NCBI GenBank assembly: GCA_963842525.1
Contig: CAWJGT010000034.1
Coordinates: 480,001 to 544,000 of the forward strand
DNA: 64,000 nucleotides
Source: an uncultured Holophagales bacterium
Lineage (GTDB): Bacteria > Acidobacteriota > Thermoanaerobaculia > Multivoradales > UBA5704
Direction of reading: 5' to 3'
The stretch's first letter is position 1; each line of letters opens with the position of its first letter. The notes under the pieces were generated by a model. It saw only the letters and a list, made by a program, of their open reading frames with translations. It did no database searches and was not told the origin of the DNA. Shown one piece after another: positions 10,142 through 21,094 of the stretch. The position numbers and the translations under genes were made by a program.

Positions 10142-13085
10142 ATGGAAGCCGAGACAGGGAGCCGAGGTCAAAGCTGGGACCTTTTCCTCGCCTATGATCG
10201 CGCGGATGCCGAGGCGGCTCGGGGAGCTCGTTAGCCTCCTGGCAGGGCTTCGGGTCTTCTTCGACCAGGAGAGCCTGGAGGAAGGCGAGGATTGGGGTCT
10301 GGAGACCCCGGCCGCTCAGGAGAGGTCTGCCTGTACGGTGATCCTCCTTTCCAGCCGGACGAGGTATCGCACCTACCTGCGCGACGAGATCGACCGAGCG
10401 ATTCATCTCGCTCGCCCTCCGGCCCGGCGGCATCGGCTCGTCCCTGTGTTCCTGGACGGTATCCCCGCCGACCGCTTGTCCATTCCGTATGGGCTCGGTC
10501 AGTTTCAGGCCTTGGACGCTCTCCAGCTCGGGGGCTTGTCCGGCGTTGCGGCCCGCCTGCGCAGGCTCCTGGGACCGGCGCTGCATGCCCGGGACGGGGA
10601 GCCGCCTCCGGAGCGGACGAGCGGTCCATATCCCACATTCGGGGATTTCGTGGGTCGCCGACAGGAGATCGCGGCATTTGAAAAGGCCTTGCTCTCCCCG
10701 GGTCCTCCACGTGCCCTGGTGATCCTGGGAGAGGGAGGGATCGGCAAGACATGGCTGTTGAAAGGCTTCACTGCGGTCCTGCCCGAATTGGTGAAGCCTT
10801 TGTGGCTTGTCCACGAAGACGCCCCCAGATTCTCCTCACCCTTCGATATCTGCGAGGCTTTGCTCTCCTTCCTTCCCGGGTGCGGCGATCTGCAGCCCCG
10901 GCTCTCCCGTCTGCGCGGACTCCGGGCAAGGCTCAACGAGGCTTTGCGATATGACGTCCAATCCTCTCCTGGCGAGCGCGCGGGAGCCTCCACGGAGGGT
11001 TTCGAGCGCGAGCAAGGCTCGCTGCTCAGCGAGGTCTCTGCCCGGATCCGGGCTCTTTCGGTTCCGGCGAGCCCGGCGGTCCTGGTCCTCGACAACCTCG
11101 AAGCGGTCGACGACCGAAGCTTCCTCCCCTCCTTCAACACCTTTGTCGAACGCCTCGGGCTGTCCAACGTTCTGATCGTCCTGGCAGGCCGGCGACTGCC
11201 GGAAGGCCTCGAGTTGCCGCTCGAGATCCTTCCGGTGGATGAACTCGCGTCCTCCGAGGCCGACGAGCTCCTGCGCCGACGGGGAGCCCGCGACCACAGC
11301 CGCCTGCGCACCGACCGGCGTCTGCGGGAGGTGGTCATTGCCTGCCTCGGCGGCCATCCCATGTTCCTGGAGATCGCTGCGGACTCGGTCAAGAAGGACC
11401 GGAGTATCTCGGCCGAGGAATTCCTCCGCCAGAGCCTGAGCTTCACGCGACACGACCTGGTCAGCCGTTTCCTGATCCCCCGTTATCTGAGTCGCCTGAT
11501 GCAGCAGACAGCTCCCGGGCCGGAATCCAGTGCGGAACAAGAGAAGGCCCGTCTCCGGCAACTGGCCATACTGGCCATTCCGCGCTGGCTCGATCAAGGC
11601 CTTGCCGAGCACCTTGGCGGCGGCGACCTCTTCCGCGCTCTCCAGGAAAACAGTGCATGGATCCTTGACGGTCACCTCGACGATCTCCGGGTGTTCCGCT
11701 TTCAGGACCGAGTCGCGGACCTCCTGCGGGCGGTGCTGGAGGTGGACGACCCGGAAGCGGTCCTGATGGTGCACCGCGCGGTCGCGGACTGGGCGCTCCA
11801 GGCCATCGAGCGCTCGGGGGTGAGACGCCCGCTGGTCTTCCTCCACCAGTACCACCTCTTCCATGTGGATCCGGAGGCGGCGAGGCTCTTTTTCGAGCGC
11901 GTCTACAAGCCAGCCAGCGATGATAACAACATCGAGCTGTGCCGCCTTCTCCTGGAAAATCTGGCCGGAATTCACTTCCCCCTGTCGCGGACTCTGGTCT
12001 GGATAAAGCTGCGCGAGGGCGACTACCACCGCATCCAGCGCGACTTCGAGAGTGCGGACCAGATCTATTCCCAAGCCCTCCACCTAATGGACGAGCATGG
12101 AGATGATGACGCCCTCACGCGGTGCTCCCTGTTGGTCAATCTGGGAATCGTTTGCGTGTCCCGGGACGACTCCGCGACACTGAAACGAGGTCTCAAAGTC
12201 TTGCGCCAAGCCGACGAGATTGCGCGGGCCGCGCGCCTGACTTGGCACAGAGCTCTCATTTGGAACGATCTCGGCATTGGTCTCCACGGTCTGGCAGCCA
12301 GGAACTCGCGGGCGAGCCGCGTGCAGGCCCTGCGCTTGGAGGCCGTGGAAGCCCACTGCCGCTCCAGAGGTATTTGCCGACGGCAGCTCCGCCGCATCCA
12401 GATGCGGATAGCAGAGCTTCCACCGGAGGCTGCCGTCGCTCGGGCCGAACTCGGGCTCATGGAGAGGCGGTATCTCCTCACGCACGCCAAAACCATGCAC
12501 AACCTGGGGCGGGTCAAGATTGGGCTGGGGGCCACGAACTCGGCGGTTCGCAGCCTGTCCATTGCCCTTAAAGGCTATCAGCGAGCCGGCAACTCATTTG
12601 GTGTCGCGGAAGTTGTACACATGCTTTCCACTCTCAAGCCACAGTGGGTCGGCGACTACGAGAAGCTGCACAGAGCCTCCGCCAATGTATATCGCTCTCT
12701 CGGTGACTCCGCCAAGGAGGCCATCCATCTTTTTGAGACGGCCCTCCTCGCTCTCAACAACAACCGGCTTGAGGAATGGGCCGTGCTCACCGCCCATGCC
12801 TTCGCCTTGACACTGCGCAATGCTGTTGACTTCGAGCTTCACCAGCAACTAGTCCGCAGCGCGCTGCAGAAGCTGGCGGGGCGTGCACCTCAGTCGCCGG
12901 CCGAGACCTCCGCAATCGTCCATGCCCTCCGAAGCAGGCTCTATGAGGAGGAAGTTCTTCCTGCTCTGGCCCGCCTGGAAGCGCTGTTGGTCATCACGGA
13001 AGAAACGTTTGCGGCGTCGGCGGACGGACTCTGCCGACGATCTGTGGTCCCGAATCTTCGATCAGTTCGCTCCTTCTCCTCCTGA
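10142..13085 (+). CDS. TIR - STAND/AAA ATPase - TPR protein (NLR-like), +1 frameshift at GGGG 10221-10224
   Basis: AGGAGG RBS, then MEAETGSRGQSWDLFLAYDRAD. Removing one G joins this to RELVSLLAGLRVFFD...YLRDEI (TIR). Walker A GEGGIGKT, Walker B VLVLDNLE, GGHP motif and TPR-like helices follow. Confidence 0.8.
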
Positions 13086-13141
13086 GGGATCCGGAGGGTG
13101 AGGTCTTTTCGCGAGGCCCGTACCCTCCGAGGCGCCCCTAC

Positions 13142-14413
13142 TTACGGCGAGGAGGGGACAGCGCCCGAGGCCCCCATCTCTCCGACCAGCTTCTCCAGGC
13201 GGGAGAGCACGGCGTCGAGGTCGCGCACCGTGGCGTTTCCGGATCTCTCCATCTTCGTGCGTTTGGGCAGCTCCACCTGCTCCCAGAGGTTGCGCGGCTC
13301 TTCGAGGACATCGCGCCGCAGCGTAATGCCGTGACGGGCAAAGATCGGCGCCAGCTCGTCGTAGCGATCGAGCAGTGTCTGGCGCGTCGACTGGTAGGCG
13401 TGCTCGCAGACGGCACGGCGTTCCGACAGGCCGAAGATGTTGGTGAAGAACATCTTGTAGTCGTCCCGCGCGGGCTCGATCCGCACGACGTCCCGCTCGG
13501 TGTAGCGCCGCTCGTAGGCGGCCATGCCGGCCTCCATGCGCGAATGGACGAGGGTGCGGAACGTCTGGGCGAGGACCGTGGGCAACCCCCGCTCCAGCAG
13601 GTTGCCGTGCGGCAGCACGCCGGCCTGGACGGCATGCAGGGTGTCGACGGGGACCAGCGGGTTGACGCAGATCACCAGGTCGGCTCCCGCCTCCAGGGCG
13701 ACCGAGGCGTGCAGGGTCTTCAAGAGGACGCCGTCCACGTAGTAGCGGCCGTCGATCTCCACCGGGGAGTAGAGCCCGGGCAGGGCACCGCTCGCCTGCA
13801 CGGCGCGCGAGATCGGCACGTGGTCCAGCCCCGGCTCGCCGAAGCGCGCCGCCCGGCCGGACTCGAGGTCGGTCGCCACAACCACCAGGCGTTTGCCGAG
13901 CTTGCGGAAGTCGTCCGTCCGGTTCTTGATGCTCCAGATCTTTTCGAGATAGGCGCGGATCGGCTCGTTGTCGAAGATGCCGATCGGCAGGGCGTGCGAG
14001 AGGTGGGTCAGCGAGTCGAGCAGGGTGCGGTCCCGCAGGTTCCGGGCATAGTCCAGCAGCGACTCGGTGAGCAGCCGCGGCAGCCTGCGGCTGCGCCGGG
14101 CGAGCTCGCGGAGGGCCGGCGTGAAAAAGATCTCCGGCGAGAACGGGTGCTCGCCGGGCTCGTGGGAGACGATGGCGCGGCACATCTGCGCCGTCGTGAG
14201 GTTGTTCGCCAGGTTGGCGTTCAAGAAGGCGCCGGCGCTCACCCCCACGTAGAGGAACAGGTTGTTGAGGTCCAGTCCGTCGAGGGCTTCGTCGAGGGCC
14301 CGCAGGGCGCCGATCTCGTAGATGGCTCCCTCGGGTGCACCCGCGGCGAGCGCCAGCCCGACCTTCGAAGAGGTCGGAGCTGCGCCCGCCGTACCGTTGC
14401 CGTGTCCGAGCAC
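13142..14413 (-). CDS. Patatin-like phospholipase / putative PHA depolymerase
   Basis: GVSAG nucleophile elbow, ASGALPG and YVDG motifs; adjacent to phasins. Confidence 0.88.
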   Translation of the reverse strand: MLGHGNGTAGAAPTSSKVGLALAAGAPEGAIYEIGALRALDEALDGLDLNNLFLYVGVSAGAFLNANLANNLTTAQMCRAIVSHEPGEHPFSPEIFFTPALRELARRSRRLPRLLTESLLDYARNLRDRTLLDSLTHLSHALPIGIFDNEPIRAYLEKIWSIKNRTDDFRKLGKRLVVVATDLESGRAARFGEPGLDHVPISRAVQASGALPGLYSPVEIDGRYYVDGVLLKTLHASVALEAGADLVICVNPLVPVDTLHAVQAGVLPHGNLLERGLPTVLAQTFRTLVHSRMEAGMAAYERRYTERDVVRIEPARDDYKMFFTNIFGLSERRAVCEHAYQSTRQTLLDRYDELAPIFARHGITLRRDVLEEPRNLWEQVELPKRTKMERSGNATVRDLDAVLSRLEKLVGEMGASGAVPSSP

Positions 14414-14432
14414 GCTGTGCCCCCTCTCGGAG

Positions 14433-14864
14433 CTAGACGACGATCTTGGACGGATCGGTGGGCTCGGAGGCTCCAGGGGTGACGATGGGCTCCGCCGGGG
14501 TCACCCGCGGCTTGAGCATCTCGACCTTCGAGTTGAGCTCCTCGACCCTCTGGGTGAGGGTGCGGATCTCCTCCCGGGTGGGCACGCCCAGCCGGTGCAG
14601 CGTCGAGGTCATCATGTCGTCGAACCGCTCGCCGAGGTTGTCCCAGGTGGTCTCGGCCGCGCTGGCGGCACGGTTCACCTGCTCGTTGACCGTGGTCCGC
14701 CCCTTGCCCTCGTACTCGCGGCCGCGGTCCACCAGCTTGCTGAACATCTTGGAGCCTTCCTCGCCGGCCGCGGCCAGGGCGCCGAGCCCCGCCAGCCAGA
14801 TCCGATGCGCCGATTCCTTCAGCTCGTCCTGCAGCTTCTTGTCGCTCGTGGTCGTGGTATCCAT
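14433..14864 (-). CDS. Phasin family (PhaF/PhaI-like) granule-associated protein
   Basis: IWLAGLGA...FSKLVDRG...LHRLGVPTREEI motif. Confidence 0.88.
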   Translation of the reverse strand: MDTTTTSDKKLQDELKESAHRIWLAGLGALAAAGEEGSKMFSKLVDRGREYEGKGRTTVNEQVNRAASAAETTWDNLGERFDDMMTSTLHRLGVPTREEIRTLTQRVEELNSKVEMLKPRVTPAEPIVTPGASEPTDPSKIVV

Positions 14865-14935
14865 GTCGAGTTTCTCCCTCACGATGTGCGTTGGCGCGGC
14901 CGGCGTCCCGCCAGGGTGGCGCCGGTCGCAGGTTC

Positions 14936-15343
14936 CTATGCGCTGGCTGCGGCGGCCAACTGCCGCTGCGCCGCGAGCTCGTCGATCTTCTGCGAGAGCG
15001 TGTCGATCCGCGCGGCCAGCACCTTCAGGTCGTCCCGCGTCAGCACGCCCAGCTTCTTCAATGCTGCCTTGCCCTCGTACTCCACGGTCTCCTGGAGCAG
15101 CGTACGCATCTCGCGCACCGTCTCTTCGGTACGGTCGCTGATCTCTCGAAAGGTCTTGCGCTGCTGCTCCTCCAGAGGACGCCCGCGCTCGACCAGACGG
15201 TCGAACAGCTCGCTGCTCTTCTCGTCCGCCTCGGTGATCGCGGCGACCGCGCCGAGGCCGGCCAGCCAAAGGTTGCGGCCGGTAGCACGCAGCTCGCGCC
15301 GCGCCTTGTCGAAACCCGTTTCGACACTCTGCGCCTGGCTCAT
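14936..15343 (-). CDS. Phasin family protein
   Basis: LWLAGLGA...FDRLVERG...LKKLGVLTRDDL motif; start overlaps the phaR stop. Confidence 0.85.
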   Translation of the reverse strand: MSQAQSVETGFDKARRELRATGRNLWLAGLGAVAAITEADEKSSELFDRLVERGRPLEEQQRKTFREISDRTEETVREMRTLLQETVEYEGKAALKKLGVLTRDDLKVLAARIDTLSQKIDELAAQRQLAAAASA

Positions 15344-15849
15344 TCGGATGTCTCCTCCCGCCCCAGGGGGCGGCTGATGATCACTTCGGGGCCCGCCGAT
15401 GCAGTCACCGCGGCTGTTGCGGGCTGCGGCTGCGGCTCCGTCTCGAGCTCCGCCAGCGAGACCTCGAGCTGCTCGAGACGCGTGCGCAGGCTGGACATCT
15501 CCTCCCGCACCCGCCGCACAGGGGCCAGCCGGTCGATCGAAGCCTGCACCAGCCGGTCGACGCCCTGTTGCACCTGCTCCAAGCCGTTGTGCATGGCGCG
15601 CTCGCCCACCCGCACCAGGTCGTGCAGCAGCTCGCTCGGCAGGAACGACGTGCCACGCCGGCCCTCGTCGAGGATGATCTGGGTCAGCGTCTGGGACGTC
15701 ACGTCGCTGCCCGTGGCGTTGTCGACCACCCGGACCTCCTGCCCCTGGCGCACCCAACCCGCGATCTCTTCCAGGGACACGTAACGGCTCTCCTCGGTGT
15801 CGTAGAGCTTGCGGCTTTCGTATCGTTTGATGAGCCGGATCATGTGCAT
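15340..15849 (-). CDS. phaR: PHA synthesis regulator, DNA-binding domain protein
   Basis: IKRYESRKLYDTEESRYVSL...DVTSQTLTQII signature. Confidence 0.85.
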   Translation of the reverse strand: MHMIRLIKRYESRKLYDTEESRYVSLEEIAGWVRQGQEVRVVDNATGSDVTSQTLTQIILDEGRRGTSFLPSELLHDLVRVGERAMHNGLEQVQQGVDRLVQASIDRLAPVRRVREEMSSLRTRLEQLEVSLAELETEPQPQPATAAVTASAGPEVIISRPLGREETSE

Positions 15850-15994
15850 CTCCTCGCCGTCGACGGATTGGAGTCACGGCCATTACCCCTGAAGTCTGCA
15901 AGGGTTCTGCCGCCTCCAGACGAAACATTACCGCACTGCGGCATAGAGTGTCAAGAGGTTTTTGACGCGGCGCGGCAAGGAGCCAGCGAAGGGA

Positions 15995-17110
15995 TCAACT
16001 CGTCCGGCTCACATACCGCGACCACTCGGTCAGCCGCTCCTGGGTGAGCTGGCCGAGGGCTTCTAAGGAGGCGAGGTCGGTCGGCTCCTCGGGGAGGAGG
16101 GGGACGTCGATCACCGGTTGCTCGCGGGAGAGGAGCTTGGCCAAGGCGACGAGGCCGCGGCGGTCGCGCTCGCCGAGCCAGGTGAGGAGCTCCCAGCCGC
16201 TGGGATGGCACGGATCGATGCCCCCGGCAGGGCCGGCGGGCGGGACGCCTTCGAACACGAACCGTGGATGGACGCGGTTGACTACCACCGGACCGAGGTG
16301 GAGGCCGGCCTGCTCCAGGCGGCGGGCGAAGAAGAGGGTGTCCGGGATCTTCTCTTCACCCGGGCCGGAGACCAGGACGAAACGGGTTTTCGGCGAACGA
16401 AGGAGCTGCTCGACCGCGCGGGCGCGGTCGCGGAATCCCTCGAAGAGCGGCCCGAAGGACTGGAAGAACTCCGCCATGTCGCGCAGCAGGTCGAGCCCCA
16501 CCACCTCGTCCAGGAAACGCTCGGCCCGCTTGCCCAGCGGCCCCCAGCGGGAGGCGGCGCGCAGACGGCCTTCTTCGTCGAACCAGGGGCGAAGGGCCAC
16601 TCCGAGGGCGCCGCTGTCGAGGAAGCCGACGATCCGCGCCGGGGCCTCCAGGAAGTCGAGGGCCTGCCGGGTCGGCGGGGTGTCCAGGATCACCTGCCCG
16701 TAGCGTTCCTCGGCCGCCACCTCGAAGAGGCGCTCGACGGCCATGTATTCGAGCACTCCGCCCAAGCCTCCCGAGAGGTGCTGGTAGAACCGGTTGCCGA
16801 GGATGCGCCGCCGCGACTCCTCGTCCGGGGCGTAGCGCTCCACCAGCCGGTCGAAGGTCTGGCGGGCGTCGAGCAGGCTGGCGTAGAGGCTTCCGGGCGC
16901 ATCGAGCTGCACCTTGACCTCGCGGTGCCGCGCCTCCTCCCCCACCCCAAGGGCATCCTTGAGCCGCAGCGACGGATCGAAGGTCATCACCAGGGTGTCG
17001 CGTCCCGACCGGGCGGACAGCACACCCATCGCGGCGGCCAGAGTGGTCTTCCCCACGCCGCCGGAGCCGACGACGACGACCAGCGGATGACGGTCGGAGA
17101 GCAGGTTCAT
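15995..17110 (-). CDS. ArsA/Get3-like ATPase
   Basis: GSGGVGKTT, TFDP and LDTPPT motifs. Confidence 0.88.
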   Translation of the reverse strand: MNLLSDRHPLVVVVGSGGVGKTTLAAAMGVLSARSGRDTLVMTFDPSLRLKDALGVGEEARHREVKVQLDAPGSLYASLLDARQTFDRLVERYAPDEESRRRILGNRFYQHLSGGLGGVLEYMAVERLFEVAAEERYGQVILDTPPTRQALDFLEAPARIVGFLDSGALGVALRPWFDEEGRLRAASRWGPLGKRAERFLDEVVGLDLLRDMAEFFQSFGPLFEGFRDRARAVEQLLRSPKTRFVLVSGPGEEKIPDTLFFARRLEQAGLHLGPVVVNRVHPRFVFEGVPPAGPAGGIDPCHPSGWELLTWLGERDRRGLVALAKLLSREQPVIDVPLLPEEPTDLASLEALGQLTQERLTEWSRYVSRTS

Positions 17111-18036
17111 AAGCTCCCCTTCTGGGATTCGAGACAGCGCTGCAGCGCTGCGATCAGGGCCGGGCCACGGTCGAGCGGGAGCTGCGGCAGCTCGTAGCGG
17201 GGACCTCGCCAGTCGCTCTCCAGACGGGCGAGCTCGCGCTCATTGAGGAGCCGGCGGCGGCGCCAGAGGGCCACCAGCTCGTTGTCCCGCCCCTCTTCCT
17301 CCGCGACCGGCGCCGGCGGCGCCGGAGGATACAGGCCGTTGATGACCAGCACCTCGGGCTCGCGGCCGACCTGCCGCCGCAGCGCCTCGCGCAGCTCCAG
17401 GACCTCCTGGACGGGCATCTCCTCGGCCAGCGTGACGGCCACGATGCCGCAGCGCTCCGGGTCGGCCACAAATAAGGACAGCTCTCCGGCCATCTCCGCA
17501 AAGGGGCCGTTGTGGACGACGTCGGCGACGAGCTGCGGGGCGGCGAGGAGCCGCACGCCGTGTCCGGTGGCCGGAGCGTCGAGCACGATCTGATCGAATC
17601 GGGGCGCGCCGCCCCGCTCCAGGCCGTGCAGCAGGCGCCAGGCATGGCCCAGGATGGCCATCTCGGTGAGGCCGGGCGCACTCTCGGAGAAGTGCTGATA
17701 GATCGGGCTGGCGAGGACCCGCCGCGACAGCAGCTCGAGCTTGAGCCGGTCGCGCACGATCTCGTCCAGCACCTGGCGCGGTTTGAGGTTCTGCAGCCAG
17801 AGCCGCGGCCCGGCGGCGACGATCTCGCCGCCGGACGGCGGGATCCCGAGCATCTGGTGGAGGTTCTCGCGCGGGTCCACCTCGACGACCAGGACGCGCC
17901 GGCCGGCTGCGGCGAGCCTCTGGCCGAGGACGGCCGAGACGGCGGTCTTGCCGACCCCGCCTTTCCCGGTGACCACCAGGAGCTGGCGCCGTGCGAGCTT
18001 GTCGATCGGAGTAATCTGAGCCATGGCAGAAGGCAT
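17107..18036 (-). CDS. ArsA/Get3-like ATPase (partner subunit)
   Basis: [15 protein letters not shown] and LAEEMPV motifs; 4-nt overlap with the next gene; the start may be 18024. Confidence 0.88.
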   Translation of the reverse strand: MPSAMAQITPIDKLARRQLLVVTGKGGVGKTAVSAVLGQRLAAAGRRVLVVEVDPRENLHQMLGIPPSGGEIVAAGPRLWLQNLKPRQVLDEIVRDRLKLELLSRRVLASPIYQHFSESAPGLTEMAILGHAWRLLHGLERGGAPRFDQIVLDAPATGHGVRLLAAPQLVADVVHNGPFAEMAGELSLFVADPERCGIVAVTLAEEMPVQEVLELREALRRQVGREPEVLVINGLYPPAPPAPVAEEEGRDNELVALWRRRRLLNERELARLESDWRGPRYELPQLPLDRGPALIAALQRCLESQKGSL

Positions 18037-18077
18037 GACTATACTTTTCCTCCATGCCGCGGTAAAACCGCTCCGCC

Positions 18078-19064
18078 ATGAGCTTCCCAGCGACCCGACT
18101 CCGCCGTTTCCGCAAGACCCCCGGCCTGCGCCGCCTGGTCCGCGAGACCCGGCTCTCGCCGGACAACCTGGGCCTGCCGCTCTTCGTCTGCCCGGGCGAG
18201 GGCGTGGCCAATCCGGTGCCGTCCATGCCCGGCGTCTTCCAGCAGTCGGTCGACCAGGTGGTCGAGACCTGCCGCCAGACCCTGGCCGAGGGGGTGCAGA
18301 CCGTCATCCTGTTCGGCCTTCCCGAGTCGAAGGACGAGGCCGGCTCGTCCTCCTGGTCGCCGGACGGCATCGTCCAGCGCGCCATGCGGGCGCTCTCCGC
18401 CGAGGTCCCGGGGCTGATCAAGATCGCCGACGTCTGCTTCTGCGAGTACACGAGCCACGGCCACTGCGGCGTGCTCGACGGCGAGACGGTCGACAACGAC
18501 GCGACCCTCGCCAACCTGGCTCGCCAGGCCGTGTCGCTCGCCGAGGCCGGAGCGGACATCATTGCCCCGTCGGACATGATGGACGGCCGGGTGGGCACCA
18601 TCCGCGAGGCCCTGGACGCAGCGGGCTTCGAGGACACGCCGATCCTTTCCTATGCGGTCAAGTTCGCGAGCGGTTTCTACGGCCCGTTCCGCGAGGCTGC
18701 CGGATCAACGCCGTCGTTCGGGGACCGCCGCTCGTACCAGATGGACCCGGCGAACAGCCGCGAGGCAATGCGCGAAGCCGAGCTCGACATCGAGGAGGGA
18801 GCGGACATGCTGATGGTCAAGCCGGCCCTCCCCTACCTGGACATCCTCGCCGAGCTGCGCTGGCGCCACGACCTGCCGCTGGCCGCCTACCACGTGAGCG
18901 GCGAGTACGCCATGCTCAAGGCAGCGGCCGAGCGCGGCTGGATCGACTACAACCGCGTGATGATGGAGTCGCTCGTCGCCATCCGCAGGGCGGGCGCCGA
19001 CCTGATCCTCACCTACACCGCGCGGGACGCGGCGCGGCTGCTGGCGTCGGGATGGGCCGAGTGA
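18078..19064 (+). CDS. hemB: Porphobilinogen synthase (Zn-type)
   Basis: [31 protein letters not shown] and MVKP motifs. Confidence 0.97.
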   Translation: MSFPATRLRRFRKTPGLRRLVRETRLSPDNLGLPLFVCPGEGVANPVPSMPGVFQQSVDQVVETCRQTLAEGVQTVILFGLPESKDEAGSSSWSPDGIVQRAMRALSAEVPGLIKIADVCFCEYTSHGHCGVLDGETVDNDATLANLARQAVSLAEAGADIIAPSDMMDGRVGTIREALDAAGFEDTPILSYAVKFASGFYGPFREAAGSTPSFGDRRSYQMDPANSREAMREAELDIEEGADMLMVKPALPYLDILAELRWRHDLPLAAYHVSGEYAMLKAAAERGWIDYNRVMMESLVAIRRAGADLILTYTARDAARLLASGWAE

Positions 19065-19069
19065 GCCCG

Positions 19070-20345
19070 ATGAGCCTGATGGAACGTGCCGAGCAGGTGC
19101 TGCCCGGCGGGGTCAATTCCCCGGTCCGCGCCTTCCGCGGCGTCGGCGGGACGCCGGTCTTCGTGCGCTCCGCTTCGGGGGCATACCTCGAAGGGGAGGA
19201 CGGCCGCCGGTACATCGACTACATCGGCGGCTATGGGCCGCACATCCTCGGCCATCGCCATCCCGCAATCGTGGCGGCGATCCAGGAGGCCCTGGGCCGC
19301 GGCACCGCCTTCGGCGCGCCGACCTTGCCCGAGGTCGAGCTGGCCGAGGCGATCGTCGCGGCCCTCCCGGCGGTCGAGATGGTGCGGCTGGTCAATTCGG
19401 GCACCGAGGCCACCATGTCGGCCCTGCGCCTGGCCCGCGCCGCAACCGGGCGCGACAAGCTCCTCAAGTTCGAAGGGTGCTACCACGGCCACGCCGACCC
19501 CTTCCTGATCGCCGCCGGCTCCGGGGCCGCCACGATCGGCGTCCCCTCCTCGCCCGGCGTGCCCGGCTGCGGTCACGGCCGACACCCTGCTCGCGCCCTA
19601 CAACGACCTGGCCGCGGTCGAGCGGCATTTCGACGAACGCGGCGCCGAGATCGCCGCCGTCATCGTCGAGCCGATCGCTGGCAACATGAGCCTCGTGCCG
19701 CCGGTCCCCGGGTTCCTGGAAGGGCTGCGCGCGCTCTGCGACCGGCACGGCTCGCTGCTGATCCTCGATGAGGTGATGACCGGCTTCCGCGTCGCCTGGG
19801 GTGGCGCCCAGAACATTCTCGACATCCGCCCCGATCTCACTACCTTGGGCAAGGTGATCGGCGGCGGGCTCCCCCTCGCTGCCTACGCGGGACCGCGCGA
19901 CCTGATGCGCCAGATCGCCCCGGCCGGCCCCGTCTACCAGGCTGGCACCCTCTCGGGCAACCCGCTGGCCGTGGCCGCCGGCCGGGCGGCCCTGACTGTG
20001 CTGGGCCAGGACGAGGACTGCCCGTATGAAAAACTGGAGCGCACAGGTGCGCGCCTGCAAGGGGGGATCGAGGAAGCGGCCCGCCGGCGCGGTATCCCGC
20101 TGCGGATCGAGCGCCAGGGCTCCATGCTCGGACTCTTCTTCACCGACCAGCCGGTGCGCAGCCTGGAGGACGTCCACGCCACCGACCGCCAGCGTTTCAC
20201 CCGGGTCTTCCACCGCCTGCTCTCCCAGGGCGTGCACCTGCCCCCCTCGGCCTACGAGGCGCTCTTCCTCTCGACCGCGCACGGGGACGCCGAGATCGAC
20301 GCCACGGTCGAGGCCTTCGACCACGCTCTTGCCGAGGAGGGCTGA
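19070..20345 (+). CDS. hemL: Glutamate-1-semialdehyde 2,1-aminomutase, +1 frameshift near 19565
   Basis: [19 protein letters not shown] and GCYHGH in one frame; [15 protein letters not shown] and [10 protein letters not shown] in the next. Confidence 0.93.
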
Positions 20346-20365
20346 CGGCTAAATACCGACCGCCA

Positions 20366-20393
20366 TTGAGCCAAGGCACGGCTTCGGTATAAT
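20366..20393 (+). promoter_or_regulatory. Sigma70-like promoter for the ferredoxin
   Basis: TTGAGC-16 nt-TATAAT upstream of the GGAGG RBS. Confidence 0.55.
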
Positions 20394-20452
20394 GCCGCGC
20401 ATGGCAGGGGGAGTACCAACATTCGAGCTCGCGGCCAAAGGAGGGGCCTGGT

Positions 20453-20707
20453 ATGACGCACATCATTGCTGAACCCTGCGTGGGCGTGAAAGACACCGCC
20501 TGCGTGGATGTCTGTCCGGTCGATTGCATCTACGGCAAGGACGAGGACTGGGAAATGCTCTACATCCATCCGGAAGAGTGCATCGATTGCGGCCTGTGCG
20601 TCGACGCCTGTCCGGTCGAAGCGATCTATCCGCTGGAAGAAGTCCCCGACAAGTGGAAAGAGTACATCGCGAAGAACTACGAGCACTTCGGGTTCACCCC
20701 TCCGTAG
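20453..20707 (+). CDS. fdxA: Dicluster (7Fe/8Fe) ferredoxin
   Basis: CVGVKDTACVDVCPVDC and CIDCGLCVDACP motifs. Confidence 0.92.
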   Translation: MTHIIAEPCVGVKDTACVDVCPVDCIYGKDEDWEMLYIHPEECIDCGLCVDACPVEAIYPLEEVPDKWKEYIAKNYEHFGFTPP

Positions 20708-20765
20708 CCCGCCAGCGAGCCACACCCCGCCGGAGCACTGCATGCCTCCGGCGGGGAGACGCGAC

Positions 20766-21010
20766 CTACTTCAACCCCATCTCCTCGATCGACTGTACCG
20801 CGAAGACCTTCTCTGCCAGCTCGGTCAGTCGGTCCATGGAGCTGATCTTCTCCACCTTCTTCTTCTCCCTGGCGCACGGCCCGCTCGTGCGCGGCCTCCT
20901 GATGCGCCTCGGCGAGAACGACCACGCCGTGCTCTTCTCGTTCCACCACATCATCTTCGACGGCTGGTCGGTCGGCGTCTTCGTGCGCGAGCTGTCCGCC
21001 CTCTACCGGG
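20766..21010. pseudogene. Two abutting gene remnants: a C-terminus of an Rpn/DUF4351-like protein (-) and an NRPS condensation-domain fragment (+)
   Basis: Minus strand KKKVEKISSMDRLTELAEKVFAVQSIEEMGLK; plus strand PLVRGLLMRLGENDHAVLFSFHHIIFDGWSVGVFVRELSALY. Confidence 0.6.
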
Positions 21011-21094
21011 CGCGGAGATCGACCCCCGCGGCAGCAGCAGGCGCCGATCGCTTGGCTAAGCTCGCGCCCGGCAGTGCGTCTCATGGAGGTCTCT

